A stretch of DNA of 64,000 bases from Victivallales bacterium (lineage in GTDB: Bacteria > Verrucomicrobiota > Lentisphaeria > Oligosphaerales > Oligosphaeraceae). Below, one piece after another: positions 1-8,497 of this stretch. Positions within the stretch are counted from its first letter, which is position 1. The number at the start of each line of letters is the position of its first letter. Under the pieces are notes generated by a model that was not told the origin of the DNA, made no database searches, and saw only the letters and a list, made by a program, of their open reading frames with translations. Both the position numbers and the translations under genes were made by a program. The stretch spans positions 10,948 through 74,947 of the forward strand of contig JAFPYX010000036.1 in assembly GCA_017417585.1 (NCBI GenBank). Direction: 5' to 3'.

Positions 1-311
1 AGCTGGATGGCACCTTTGAAGTCGCCTTGGGAAATCGCATGCACGAAATCACGGATGGGCAGTTTCACCGGGCAGCTCTCGCGGCACGGCTGGCCCGGGC
101 ACTGAAGGCAGCGGTTCGCCTCGATGACCGCCTGCGCCTCGGTGTAGCCCAACGCAACCTCGCCGGTGTTGCGGCGGCGCGCTTCGGGTTCCTGGCTTGG
201 CATCTCCTGCGGCGGAATCGCCATGCGGTCCTTCGGCAAGACTTTCTCCAGTTTCCGGAAATTCTCCAGCAGGCCTTTCGCCTGAGAGTCGAGTTCTTCT
301 ATCGTCTTCAT
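1..311 (-). CDS. GltD/NfnB-type NADPH-dependent oxidoreductase (glutamate synthase small-subunit-like). N-terminal part only; the gene runs off the left edge.
   Basis: Not in the ORF track because it sits at the edge. Reverse-strand translation from the ATG at 311-309 gives MKTIEELDSQAKGLLENFRKLEKVLPKDRMAIPPQEMPSQEPEARRRNTGEVALGYTEAQAVIEANRCLQCPGQPCRESCPVKL. This is the typical N-terminus with the Cys cluster of GltD/NfnB-type proteins. It starts 17 nt downstream of the NfnA-like gene's stop codon. Confidence 0.7.
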   Translation of the reverse strand, partial: MKTIEELDSQAKGLLENFRKLEKVLPKDRMAIPPQEMPSQEPEARRRNTGEVALGYTEAQAVIEANRCLQCPGQPCRESCPVKLPIRDFVHAISQGDFKGAIQ

Positions 312-327
312 GGCGGAGTCTCCGCAG

Positions 328-1197
328 TCACTTGTTTGCCAGGGCAGTCTGTTCGGCCACATTCATGAGATGGCATGCATGGTCCATCATCCGACGTTCC
401 TGTGGCTTGAACGAGCCCAGGCGCTTCATCATTCCATCGAAGTCCACCTGGAGGCCGTCGAATTCCGGCCCGTCCACGCACACGAACTTGGTCTGTCCGC
501 CGACATTCACGCGGCAGCCGCCGCACATCCCAGTCCCATCCACCATGATGGTGTTCAAGGAGACGACAATGGGCACATTGTAGGGACGCACCGTCTCCAC
601 GCAGAATTTCATCATGATCGGTGGACCGATGGAAATCACCAGGTCCGGCGGCGTCGCGCTTTCGCACAGCTCCTTGAGCGGCATGGTCACCACGCCCTTG
701 CGGCCATACGAGCCATCGTCGGTGCAGACAATCACCTCGTCGGCATACGAACGCATCAAGTCTTCCATGATCACCAGCGATTTGGTGCGGCCGCCGAGGA
801 TGCAGGTCAGGTGGTTGCCTGCATCCTTGAGGGCGCGGGCAATGGGATTCAGCGGCGCGATGCCGATGCCGCCGCCCACGCATGCCACGCGGCCGACCTT
901 CTCGATACGGGTCGGACGTCCAAGCGGTCCGAAGACCACTGCCAACGCATCGCCGACCTCAAGTTCGGAGAGCTTCGTCGTGGTAAAGCCGACCTTCTGG
1001 AAGACCAGCGTGATGCTTCCTTCGTTCGCATCGGCATCTGCAATGGTCAAGGGGATACGCTCGCCATAATCCTCATCGACCGAAATCAGGACGAATTGCC
1101 CCGGCTTTCGCGCAGCAGCCACCAGCGGCGCGTAAACACGCATCTGGAAGACATTTTCCGAAAGCTGCCTCTTCGCTAGGATGGTATAGGGTTTCAT
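328..1197 (-). CDS. FAD/NAD(P)-binding ferredoxin-NADP reductase-like subunit (NfnA / sulfide dehydrogenase SudB / PyrK-like) with a C-terminal 2Fe-2S Cys cluster
   Basis: ORF 328..1236. The likely start is the internal ATG at 1197 (MKPYTILAKRQL...). Motifs: GQFVLISV, VGGGIGIAP, C-terminal DGTGMCGGCRV. It is paired with a downstream GltD-like gene. Confidence 0.75.
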   Translation of the reverse strand: MKPYTILAKRQLSENVFQMRVYAPLVAAARKPGQFVLISVDEDYGERIPLTIADADANEGSITLVFQKVGFTTTKLSELEVGDALAVVFGPLGRPTRIEKVGRVACVGGGIGIAPLNPIARALKDAGNHLTCILGGRTKSLVIMEDLMRSYADEVIVCTDDGSYGRKGVVTMPLKELCESATPPDLVISIGPPIMMKFCVETVRPYNVPIVVSLNTIMVDGTGMCGGCRVNVGGQTKFVCVDGPEFDGLQVDFDGMMKRLGSFKPQERRMMDHACHLMNVAEQTALANK

Positions 1198-1295
1198 TGG
1201 GTGGGAATCCTTAGGAATGAAAGGGAATATATGCAATATAATATGAAAGACCGTCTTTGCATAATCGCCCTAATAAAAAAGCCAAAAACGCGGGG

Positions 1296-1790
1296 CTATT
1301 CCGGCCAGCGCTGGCTCTGAGCCAGCGCGGCATTGGTGAAACGCGGGTCGCCAGTTCGTTCGACGCCAAGCCACTCCGGGCGGACGAAGTCGAAGTCCGC
1401 CGACGGGATCTCGATTTCGGCGGTGAAATGCCCCGCGAATGCGCCATGGTACTCGTCAATTTCCCAGCACAGTCCCGTTTCGGCGGCCGCGACGACGTGG
1501 CGCGTCTTCTCGATGACGCGCCCGCGGCAGAAATCCCGCAGCATCTCGCGGGCGTCCTCCACGGGAATGGGATATTCATACTCCAGGCGGCAAATGCCGG
1601 CGTCGTTGCTCTTGATGTTCAGATTCGCCTTGTCCTCACCGGAAATGCGCACCCGCACGGAGGCGCCGCCCTGCCCGGCGTCTGCGAAGTATCCTTGAAC
1701 GATGGGGAAGGAGCGGACCACCTGGCTGCGCCACGTCGCCTGGTCAGACCCCACTTCGAATTTGCGTTCGATTTCCAGCATGAATGTCAA
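1296..1790 (-). CDS. CYTH domain protein (CyaB-like adenylate cyclase / triphosphatase family)
   Basis: N-terminal EIERKF motif, alternating acidic/basic beta-strand pattern, size of 164 aa. Confidence 0.8.
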   Translation of the reverse strand: MTFMLEIERKFEVGSDQATWRSQVVRSFPIVQGYFADAGQGGASVRVRISGEDKANLNIKSNDAGICRLEYEYPIPVEDAREMLRDFCRGRVIEKTRHVVAAAETGLCWEIDEYHGAFAGHFTAEIEIPSADFDFVRPEWLGVERTGDPRFTNAALAQSQRWPE

Positions 1791-1896
1791 TCCTGTGTTT
1801 AGAGGTTATATTTAACCGCGATTTGCGTTTTTCGTCGGGCCGATGGCCCGTTACTATAACCCTTAAAAATCCAGCACCCCAATACCAGGAGAGAAT

Positions 1897-2694
1897 ATGT
1901 TCAAACTCGCCGCGCAGATGTACACCGTCAGGAAATACACCCAGACACCGAAGGACATCGCGGAGTCCTGCCGCCGGGTCAAGGCGATGGGGTATGACGG
2001 CATCCAGATCTCCGGTTTCGGCCCCATCGACCGGAAGGAGATGAAGGCCATCCTCGACGGCGAAGGCCTGGAATGCGCCGCCACCCACTACGGCCTGGAC
2101 AAAATCGAGAATGACTTCGACGGCTTCATCGAAGACCACCTCCTCTGGAATTGCCCCAATCCCGCCATCGGGGGATTCTTCCCAGGACTCGACCATTTTG
2201 ACCGCCCCACCTGGGACGCCTTCATCGAGCGCTTCAACCGGCTCGCCCAGCGCGTGGCCGACGCCAAGACCGGCATGCGCCTGGGCTACCACAACCACAC
2301 CCACGAATTCGTTGCGCTCAACGGCATGCCGCCCTATTTCCGGCTGCTGCGGGAACTCAACCCCGACACCACCTGGTTTGAAATCGATGTCTTCTGGGCG
2401 GCATTCAGCGGAGTTGACCCCGCCGGGCTGATCCGCAAGGTCGCCCACCGCATCCCGCTGGTGCATTTCAAAGACCTCAAACTGGAATTCAACCAGGATA
2501 CGCCGTCGATGAACGCCCCCACCCGAAAGATCACCGAGGTCGGCGACGGAAATCTGAACTGGCCGGCCATCGTCGAGGCATGCCGGTTCGCAGGGACACG
2601 CTGGCTCGCTGTCGAGCGAGACGACGGCGACCTTCCCCCCTTCGAGTCCCTCCAGCGCTCCATCGACAACCTCCACTATCGGATGGGACTGTAA
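1897..2694 (+). CDS. Sugar phosphate isomerase/epimerase (xylose isomerase-like TIM barrel)
   Basis: 265 aa. Contains MGYDGIQISGFG, YHNHTHEF and the AVERDD pattern typical of the AP endonuclease 2/xylose isomerase-like fold. Confidence 0.8.
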   Translation: MFKLAAQMYTVRKYTQTPKDIAESCRRVKAMGYDGIQISGFGPIDRKEMKAILDGEGLECAATHYGLDKIENDFDGFIEDHLLWNCPNPAIGGFFPGLDHFDRPTWDAFIERFNRLAQRVADAKTGMRLGYHNHTHEFVALNGMPPYFRLLRELNPDTTWFEIDVFWAAFSGVDPAGLIRKVAHRIPLVHFKDLKLEFNQDTPSMNAPTRKITEVGDGNLNWPAIVEACRFAGTRWLAVERDDGDLPPFESLQRSIDNLHYRMGL

Positions 2695-2788
2695 CAGAGT
2701 AGAGGGCAGAGGTTCCAGATTTTCTAGCGATTTTAGAACTTCTAGTTTTTCTGGAGCCTAGAAAACTCATCAACAACTGCAAACTCTT

Positions 2789-3589
2789 ATGAACATCCTT
2801 TTCATCGGTGCAGGTAAAATGGCAACCGCACTCGCCGGCGGGATCGCCCACAATCGGCTTTTCCCAAATGACCGCCTGGACGCGGTGGATCCCTCCCCCG
2901 AGGCACGAGACGCCTTCACCGCCACCACCGGCGTGGCTGCGCACCCCGCCGCCACCGAAGAGCTGGTCGCCGGGGCGGACATCATCGTGCTGGCTGTCAA
3001 GCCGCAAGTCGCCGCTGCGACCGTCGCCGCGCTGCCGCCCCGCAAGGATGGCGTGCTGGTGTTTTCCATCTGCGCGGGAATCCCCATCGCCAAGCTCCAG
3101 TCTTGGCTGGGCGATGTCCGCATCGTGCGGGTGATGCCCAACACCCCGTTGCTGGTCGGTCAGGGAGCCAGCTGCTATGCGCTTTCCCAGTCCGACGATG
3201 CGGCGGCCGCCGCTTTTGCGGCGAAGGTCCTCGGCTCGCTGGGCAAGGCCTGGCAGGTCCCGGAGGCTTCGCTGGATGCAGTGACTGCACTTTCCGGCTC
3301 CGGGCCGGCATACTTCTTCGCCTTCATCGAGGCGCTACGGAACGGCGGCACGAAACTCGGGCTACCGGCGGAACTCGCCGAGGAACTGGCAGTCCAAACC
3401 ATGGCGGGCGCCACCGAGATGCTCCGACAGAAAAAAGGCACGCCATCCGAACTGCGAATCGCCGTGACCTCCAAGGGCGGAACCACCGCAGCCGCGCTGG
3501 ACGTGATGGCCGCCCATGACTTCAACGGTCTAGTCGCCGAACTCATGAAGGCCGCCGCCGACCGCTCCGCCGAACTCGGCCGGGGATAG
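2789..3589 (+). CDS. proC: Pyrroline-5-carboxylate reductase
   Basis: FIGAGKMATAL Rossmann motif, VLAVKPQ, RVMPNTP, GSGPAYFF, VTSKGGTTAAAL. Confidence 0.9.
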   Translation: MNILFIGAGKMATALAGGIAHNRLFPNDRLDAVDPSPEARDAFTATTGVAAHPAATEELVAGADIIVLAVKPQVAAATVAALPPRKDGVLVFSICAGIPIAKLQSWLGDVRIVRVMPNTPLLVGQGASCYALSQSDDAAAAAFAAKVLGSLGKAWQVPEASLDAVTALSGSGPAYFFAFIEALRNGGTKLGLPAELAEELAVQTMAGATEMLRQKKGTPSELRIAVTSKGGTTAAALDVMAAHDFNGLVAELMKAAADRSAELGRG

Positions 3590-3676
3590 CCGCCCCGCGG
3601 CATGTCGCTGCGGACACCGGACTCGTTTGAATTACTCATTACGAATTAACCTCTTCCCTCTAACCTCTTCCCTTCC

Positions 3677-4642
3677 ATGAACATTCTCGTCACCGGCGGA
3701 GCCGGCTTCATCGGCTCACACTTATGCAGAACACTCCTGGATGAAGGCCACGAAGTCGTCGTGCTGGACGACCTTTCCACGGGGACCTACCAGAACCTGG
3801 AAGGCATCGAGGACGGCAGGCGCCTGCGGCTCATTGTGGACTCCGTCAACAACGCACAGCTTGTTGACCAGTGCGTCCGCGAGGCAGACTACGTCTATCA
3901 CCTGGCCAGCGCAGTCGGAGTGAGGCTCATCATCGACCAGCCTGTCCGAACCATCGAGAGCATCGTCGGCGGCACGGAGAATGTCCTCAAGTCCTGCGCA
4001 CGCTACCGCCGTCCCTTCCTGCTGACCAGCACCTCCGAGGTCTATGGCAAGGGTTCCAAAGTCCCCTTCACCGAAGATGACGACACCGTGATGGGTCCCA
4101 CCAGCACCCGCCGATGGAGCTACGCATGCGCCAAGGCGCTGGACGAATTTCTCGCACTGGCCTACTGGGTCGAAAGCCGCCTCCCGGTCACCGTGGTGCG
4201 CCTCTTCAACACCGTCGGTCCGCGCCAGACCGGCCAGTACGGGATGGTCATCCCCAGCTTCGTCATGCAGGCACTCCAGGGCAAGCCCATCACCGTCTAT
4301 GGCGACGGCACCCAGTCGCGGTGTTTCGCCCACGTCAAGGATGTCGTAGGCGCCCTCAATGCGCTGCGGGACTGCAAGGCCGCGCACGGCCAGGTGATGA
4401 ACATCGGCAACGACCAGGAGATTACCATCATGGAGCTGGCACGCAAGGTCAAGGAGATGACTGGTTCCGCCTCCGAGATTCAGCTCGTGCCCTATTCGGA
4501 GGCCTACGGCGCCGGTTTCGACGACATGCACCGGCGCGTCCCCAACCTCGCCAAGATCCGTTCGCTGATCGGCTACCAGCCCACCCAGAGCCTGGAGGAC
4601 ATCCTCCGCGATGTCATCGCCGAAAAACGCGCTAAGCTCTGA
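3677..4642 (+). CDS. NAD-dependent epimerase/dehydratase (extended SDR, UDP-sugar decarboxylase/epimerase-like)
   Basis: ILVTGGAGFIGSHL motif, STSEVYG, YACAK (YxxxK) catalytic motif, RLFNTVGPRQ. Confidence 0.85.
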   Translation: MNILVTGGAGFIGSHLCRTLLDEGHEVVVLDDLSTGTYQNLEGIEDGRRLRLIVDSVNNAQLVDQCVREADYVYHLASAVGVRLIIDQPVRTIESIVGGTENVLKSCARYRRPFLLTSTSEVYGKGSKVPFTEDDDTVMGPTSTRRWSYACAKALDEFLALAYWVESRLPVTVVRLFNTVGPRQTGQYGMVIPSFVMQALQGKPITVYGDGTQSRCFAHVKDVVGALNALRDCKAAHGQVMNIGNDQEITIMELARKVKEMTGSASEIQLVPYSEAYGAGFDDMHRRVPNLAKIRSLIGYQPTQSLEDILRDVIAEKRAKL

Positions 4643-4661
4643 AGCCAGTCCGGAGGAAGTG

Positions 4662-5672
4662 ATGCGTTCCTTGACCTGCCGTTGTTTCCTGGCGCTTCTA
4701 GGGTGTGCAGTTCTGCCATATCTGAATTCCTGCGCCACTTCCCACGGCGAGCGCCCGCTCCCGGTCGCACAGCTGTTGTATCCTGTCTCCGCAGAGCGTT
4801 TTGGCGGAGAGCTTCCCACACACCTGGCCGAATATGTTCAAAGCTGGCAGGGATGGATTGACGAGGCGCCGAACCACGACTCTAACCCGGCCGTCAAAAA
4901 CGCCCTCCCACCGTCTCCATCCCAGCTCGCTTTTGATGTCCAGCGCTACACCGGCACCTTCCCGTCGCTGTTGTTCGCCATGGCCTCGCCAAACCTGAAT
5001 GCCTCGCAGCGGGATTTCCTCCAGACCCTCTCGCTGTTGCATCAGCAACAGGCTTTCCTCGCGGGGATCTACCAGGCACTGGACGACCTCCAGCACTCCC
5101 GTCGCGAGGCCCTGCCCGTCCTGCTGGAACACACTCGTCTTCTTCAGGAATTTCAGAAGAGATTCCAGCGCAAGCTTCCGCGTGGTACCGCAGCAGCCGT
5201 CCTGAACGAACTGTCCACCTGGCTCGCCCTGTGGGAAGGCCTTGATCCCCTGGACGTCCTTCCCAGTCTTTGGCAGGCCACGCGGGAGAAGCCCACGTTG
5301 GAAATTGACGCGGACAAGGCAACTCCCTCCGTGGCGGTGCGTTTCACTGCGCTCTATTCCGAACGGCCCGCCAATTCGCTGCTTCCCGACGAGCTACGCG
5401 ATGCCAAACATCTCTGGCTACGACAGGACTTCACGACACCAGTGGTCGCCGAGGGACGGCTCGCATATCTGATATTGCCTTCCCTGCCAAATCAGGCGAT
5501 AATCCTCCTCAGCAACCAGCCTTTGAAGAATCCCCATCCGGGAAGGCCCTGGGCAATCCCGCTTACCCCAGAACTGGTTGGCGATGCCAAAACACAAACG
5601 ATACTGATTGGACTCCCCGCCTCCAAGGTGGGAAGTCCAATTCTCCCCGTCTGCCTCGCCGCAGGAGAATAG
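4662..5672 (+). CDS. Hypothetical lipoprotein
   Basis: ORF 4611..5672. The internal ATG at 4662 is preceded by GGAGGA and gives MRSLTCRCFLALLGCAVLPYLNSC, a signal peptide plus lipobox-like LNSC. No family recognised. Confidence 0.55.
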   Translation: MRSLTCRCFLALLGCAVLPYLNSCATSHGERPLPVAQLLYPVSAERFGGELPTHLAEYVQSWQGWIDEAPNHDSNPAVKNALPPSPSQLAFDVQRYTGTFPSLLFAMASPNLNASQRDFLQTLSLLHQQQAFLAGIYQALDDLQHSRREALPVLLEHTRLLQEFQKRFQRKLPRGTAAAVLNELSTWLALWEGLDPLDVLPSLWQATREKPTLEIDADKATPSVAVRFTALYSERPANSLLPDELRDAKHLWLRQDFTTPVVAEGRLAYLILPSLPNQAIILLSNQPLKNPHPGRPWAIPLTPELVGDAKTQTILIGLPASKVGSPILPVCLAAGE

Positions 5673-5791
5673 CAGGTTCCTCGGCAGCCGAATACCTCTT
5701 GCCGTCCATGATTATTCCCCTTTGATTTAGACAGGAAAATCGGGATTCCCAGGAGAGATTATATTAACGCAGTTGTTCATCCAGCATCTCC

Positions 5792-6313
5792 ATGGGCATT
5801 CTTTTCTTCAGCGACTTGCATGGCGACGCTCAGGCTGCCGCCGCGCTCCGGCGACAGGTGGAGTTCCTTCGGCCGGAACGCATCGCGTTTCTGGGCGACA
5901 GCCTGTCGCCGATGCGAACCGCCGTCGCCATGGAATTCCTGAACTCGCTAGCAGAGAGCATCACCGCCGTCGCGGGAAATTGCGACGGCGACCGAGAACA
6001 TGCCGCGCTGCTCTTCCCGCTCCACGAGGACTACGCGCTGCTCCAGGCGCCACCCCACCGCTTCTTCCTCACCCACGGTGACCGCTGGAACGCCGCGCAT
6101 CTGCCGCCCGCAGGACTCTGCGCTGTACTCTGCTTCGGGCACTCCCACGTCCCCATGCTCAGAAGACTCGACGATGGATTCACCCTCTTCAATCCCGGCT
6201 CCTGCGCCCTGCCCCGCTCCGCCTATGGCCCAACCTTTGGATACTACAACGGAACGGAACTGCAGCTTCGCAAAACGACTACCGGCGATGTCATCCTGTC
6301 ACTGGATATCTAA
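5792..6313 (+). CDS. YfcE/MJ0936-type metallophosphoesterase
   Basis: ILFFSDLHGD, FLGD, GNCD and GHSH motifs in the canonical order. 173 aa. Confidence 0.75.
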   Translation: MGILFFSDLHGDAQAAAALRRQVEFLRPERIAFLGDSLSPMRTAVAMEFLNSLAESITAVAGNCDGDREHAALLFPLHEDYALLQAPPHRFFLTHGDRWNAAHLPPAGLCAVLCFGHSHVPMLRRLDDGFTLFNPGSCALPRSAYGPTFGYYNGTELQLRKTTTGDVILSLDI

Positions 6314-6354
6314 TTTCACCTAGTTCCAACCAAAACATTAAAAATACACAATAA

Positions 6355-8016
6355 ATGTCTAACGTAGAATCACTTAAGAAATCATCTTGGCTTTCTGGGC
6401 GCAAAGGCCCGGTCCTGCTCGTGATCATGGATGGCGTCGGCTTTGGCAAATACGCCGACGGCGATGCGGTGGCGGCGGCCTACAAGCCGAACCTGGACTG
6501 GCTGATGGCCAACTGCCCCCATACCCAGTTGAAAGCCCACGGCGTGGCCGTGGGTTTGCCCTCCGACGCCGACATGGGCAACTCCGAGGTCGGCCACAAC
6601 GCGATGGGCGCCGGACGCGTCTTCGACCAGGGTGCCAAGCTGGTCTCCAACTCCATTGCGAACGGCAAGATGTTCGAGGACACCGGCTGGCAGGAGATCT
6701 CCGCGAATATCCTCCAGAACCACTCCACGCTGCATTTCATCGGCCTTTTCTCGGACGGCAATGTCCATTCCCACATCGACCACCTCAAGGCGATGATGGA
6801 ACACGCCGCCGCCCAGGGCATCAGCCGCATCCGCGTACATATCCTGCTGGACGGACGTGACGTGGGCGAGACCTCCGCCTTGGACTACGTGGTGCCCTTC
6901 GAGGAATTCCTCCAGGGCCTCCAGGCAAAGGGCTGCGATGCGCGGATCGCCTCCGGCGGCGGCCGAATGTTCATCACGATGGACCGCTACAACGCGGACT
7001 GGTCGATGGTCGAACGGGGCTGGAAGACACACGTGCTTGGCGAAGGACGGCTCTTCCCCTCCGCGCAGAATGCCATCGAGACCCTGCGCAGCGAGACCCA
7101 CGCCATCGACCAGGACCTCGGCGCTTTTGTGATCGCTGGTGAGGACGGCAAGCCGGTCGGCACCATCAACGACGGCGACTCGGTGGTCTATTTCAATTTC
7201 CGTGGCGACCGAGCCATCGAAATCTCCCAGGCCTTCGAGGGCGGTCCGGAGTTCGGCCGCTTTGACCGCGTGCGCGTGCCGAAGGTCTGCTACGCGGGCA
7301 TGATGCAGTATGACGGCGACCTCAAGCTCCCCAAGCGCTTCCTGGTCTCCCCCCCCGCCATCGACCGCACCAGCGGCGAATATCTCTGCGCCACCGGTCT
7401 GAAGACCTTCGCCTGCTCCGAGACCCAGAAGTACGGTCATGTGACCTACTTCTACAACGGCAACAAGTCCGGATATATCGATGAGAAGCTCGAAAAATAC
7501 GTTGAGGTTCCTTCGGACATCGTGCCCTTCGAACAACGTCCCTGGATGAAGGGTGCCGAAATCACCGACGCGCTCGTCGCGGCCATCAAGTCCGGTGAAT
7601 ACGACCACCTGCGGTGCAACTTCCCGAACGGCGACATGGTCGGACACACCGGCGTCTTCCAGGCCGTGAAGATCGGCGTGGAGGCCGTGGATCTCTGCAT
7701 CGGACGCCTCAAGGCCGCCATCGACGAAGTCGGCGGCGTGATGGTCATCACCGCCGACCACGGCAATGCGGACGACATGCTGGAGCATGGCAAGGACGGC
7801 AAGCCCAAGCTGGGTTCCAACGGCAAGCCCAAAGTCAAGACCAGCCATTCCCTCAACCCCGTCCCCTGCATCATCTACGACCCGGGCTACGCGGGAGAAT
7901 ACGAGCTTGTCCTGCGCGAAGGGCTGGGCATCTCCTCCATCCCCGCCACCATCATGAATCTTCTGGGCTACGAGGCTCCCGCCGACTACGACTTGTCCGT
8001 GCTGGTGAAGAAATAA
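6355..8016 (+). CDS. gpmI: 2,3-bisphosphoglycerate-independent phosphoglycerate mutase
   Basis: MDGVGFG, GNSEVGHNAMGAGR, ADHGNAD and HS motifs. 553 aa, the long iPGM type. Confidence 0.92.
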   Translation: MSNVESLKKSSWLSGRKGPVLLVIMDGVGFGKYADGDAVAAAYKPNLDWLMANCPHTQLKAHGVAVGLPSDADMGNSEVGHNAMGAGRVFDQGAKLVSNSIANGKMFEDTGWQEISANILQNHSTLHFIGLFSDGNVHSHIDHLKAMMEHAAAQGISRIRVHILLDGRDVGETSALDYVVPFEEFLQGLQAKGCDARIASGGGRMFITMDRYNADWSMVERGWKTHVLGEGRLFPSAQNAIETLRSETHAIDQDLGAFVIAGEDGKPVGTINDGDSVVYFNFRGDRAIEISQAFEGGPEFGRFDRVRVPKVCYAGMMQYDGDLKLPKRFLVSPPAIDRTSGEYLCATGLKTFACSETQKYGHVTYFYNGNKSGYIDEKLEKYVEVPSDIVPFEQRPWMKGAEITDALVAAIKSGEYDHLRCNFPNGDMVGHTGVFQAVKIGVEAVDLCIGRLKAAIDEVGGVMVITADHGNADDMLEHGKDGKPKLGSNGKPKVKTSHSLNPVPCIIYDPGYAGEYELVLREGLGISSIPATIMNLLGYEAPADYDLSVLVKK

Positions 8017-8145
8017 TGATGTCCGCTCTGGCAAAATCGCCGGAACAGGCTACATTAATACAGTTTACGTCTGAGTCCCTCTCCAGTTTTGGAGAAACCC
8101 GATTTCCATTTCCACCGCAAACAGGCCAGAAGGGGGTGAATAAAC

Positions 8146-8307
8146 ATGCCGGAAGTCAAAGTCCGCAAGACTGATCCAATCGATCGCGCCCTGCGTCATC
8201 TCCGCAAGAAGATGGACAAGGAAAATACGCTGGACGAGCTTCGCGCCCGCGAATGCTTCATCCCGCCGTGCGAGGCACGCCGCCGCGCCGCTGGAATCAT
8301 CCGCTAA
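8146..8307 (+). CDS. rpsU: 30S ribosomal protein S21
   Basis: Absent from the ORF track (53 aa). My translation is MPEVKVRKTDPIDRALRHLRKKMDKENTLDELRARECFIPPCEARRRAAGIIR, which matches the S21 pattern (MPxVxV..., ALRxxxKK, ELRxRE). AGGGGG lies upstream and an intrinsic terminator lies downstream. Confidence 0.85.
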   Translation: MPEVKVRKTDPIDRALRHLRKKMDKENTLDELRARECFIPPCEARRRAAGIIR

Positions 8308-8334
8308 GGCGACTCCCTGAAAGCACTCCAAGAA

Positions 8335-8370
8335 AAAGCGAACAGGTCGAAATCTGTTCGCTTTTTCTTT
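8335..8370 (+). terminator. Rho-independent terminator after rpsU
   Basis: Stem aagcgaacag / ctgttcgctt with loop gtcgaaat, followed by a T-rich run (ttttcttt). Confidence 0.7.
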
Positions 8371-8377
8371 GTACCTG

Positions 8378-8470
8378 CGGCATGCCGCCGCAGGCACCGG
8401 ACCACCCCAACGGCATGCCGCCGCAGGCACCGGACCACCCCAACGGCATGCCGCCGTAGGAACCGAACCA
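8378..8470. repeat. 33-bp tandem repeat, about 2.8 copies
   Basis: cggcatgccgccgcaggcaccggaccaccccaa occurs at 8378-8410 and 8411-8443, plus a degenerate third copy. Each unit starts with the palindrome cggcatgccg. Confidence 0.85.
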
Positions 8471-8497
8471 ATCATTTTACATTCCAAATTTTATAAA

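Noticed and set aside
6382-8034. Very long antisense ORFs opposite well-recognised genes. Examples: 6382..8034(-) opposite gpmI, 8666..10018(-) opposite DUF1846, 14423..16657(+), 24747..26774(-) opposite purD/nnr, 34311..36257(+) opposite lacZ, 42435..43724(-) opposite GH20, 55522..57630(+) opposite the TRAP fusion, and 3722..4819(-).
   Set aside because: They are typical stop-codon-poor shadow frames in GC-rich DNA. Their translations are Arg/Gly/Ala/His-rich low-complexity strings with no motifs, while the opposite strand encodes proteins with clear family signatures.
8378-8470. Possible CRISPR array. The same question applies to the repeats at 43636-43698 and 63085-63258.
   Set aside because: The repeats are directly adjacent with no unique spacers, there are only 2-7 units, no cas genes are present, and one of the repeats is inside a coding tail.
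8369-8497. N-terminal extension of the DUF1846 ORF (MYLRHAAAGTGPPQRHAAAGTGPPQRH...)
   Set aside because: It is just the in-frame translation of the 33-bp tandem repeat. The conserved family N-terminus (MLPFDNEKYL) begins at the ATG at 8498.
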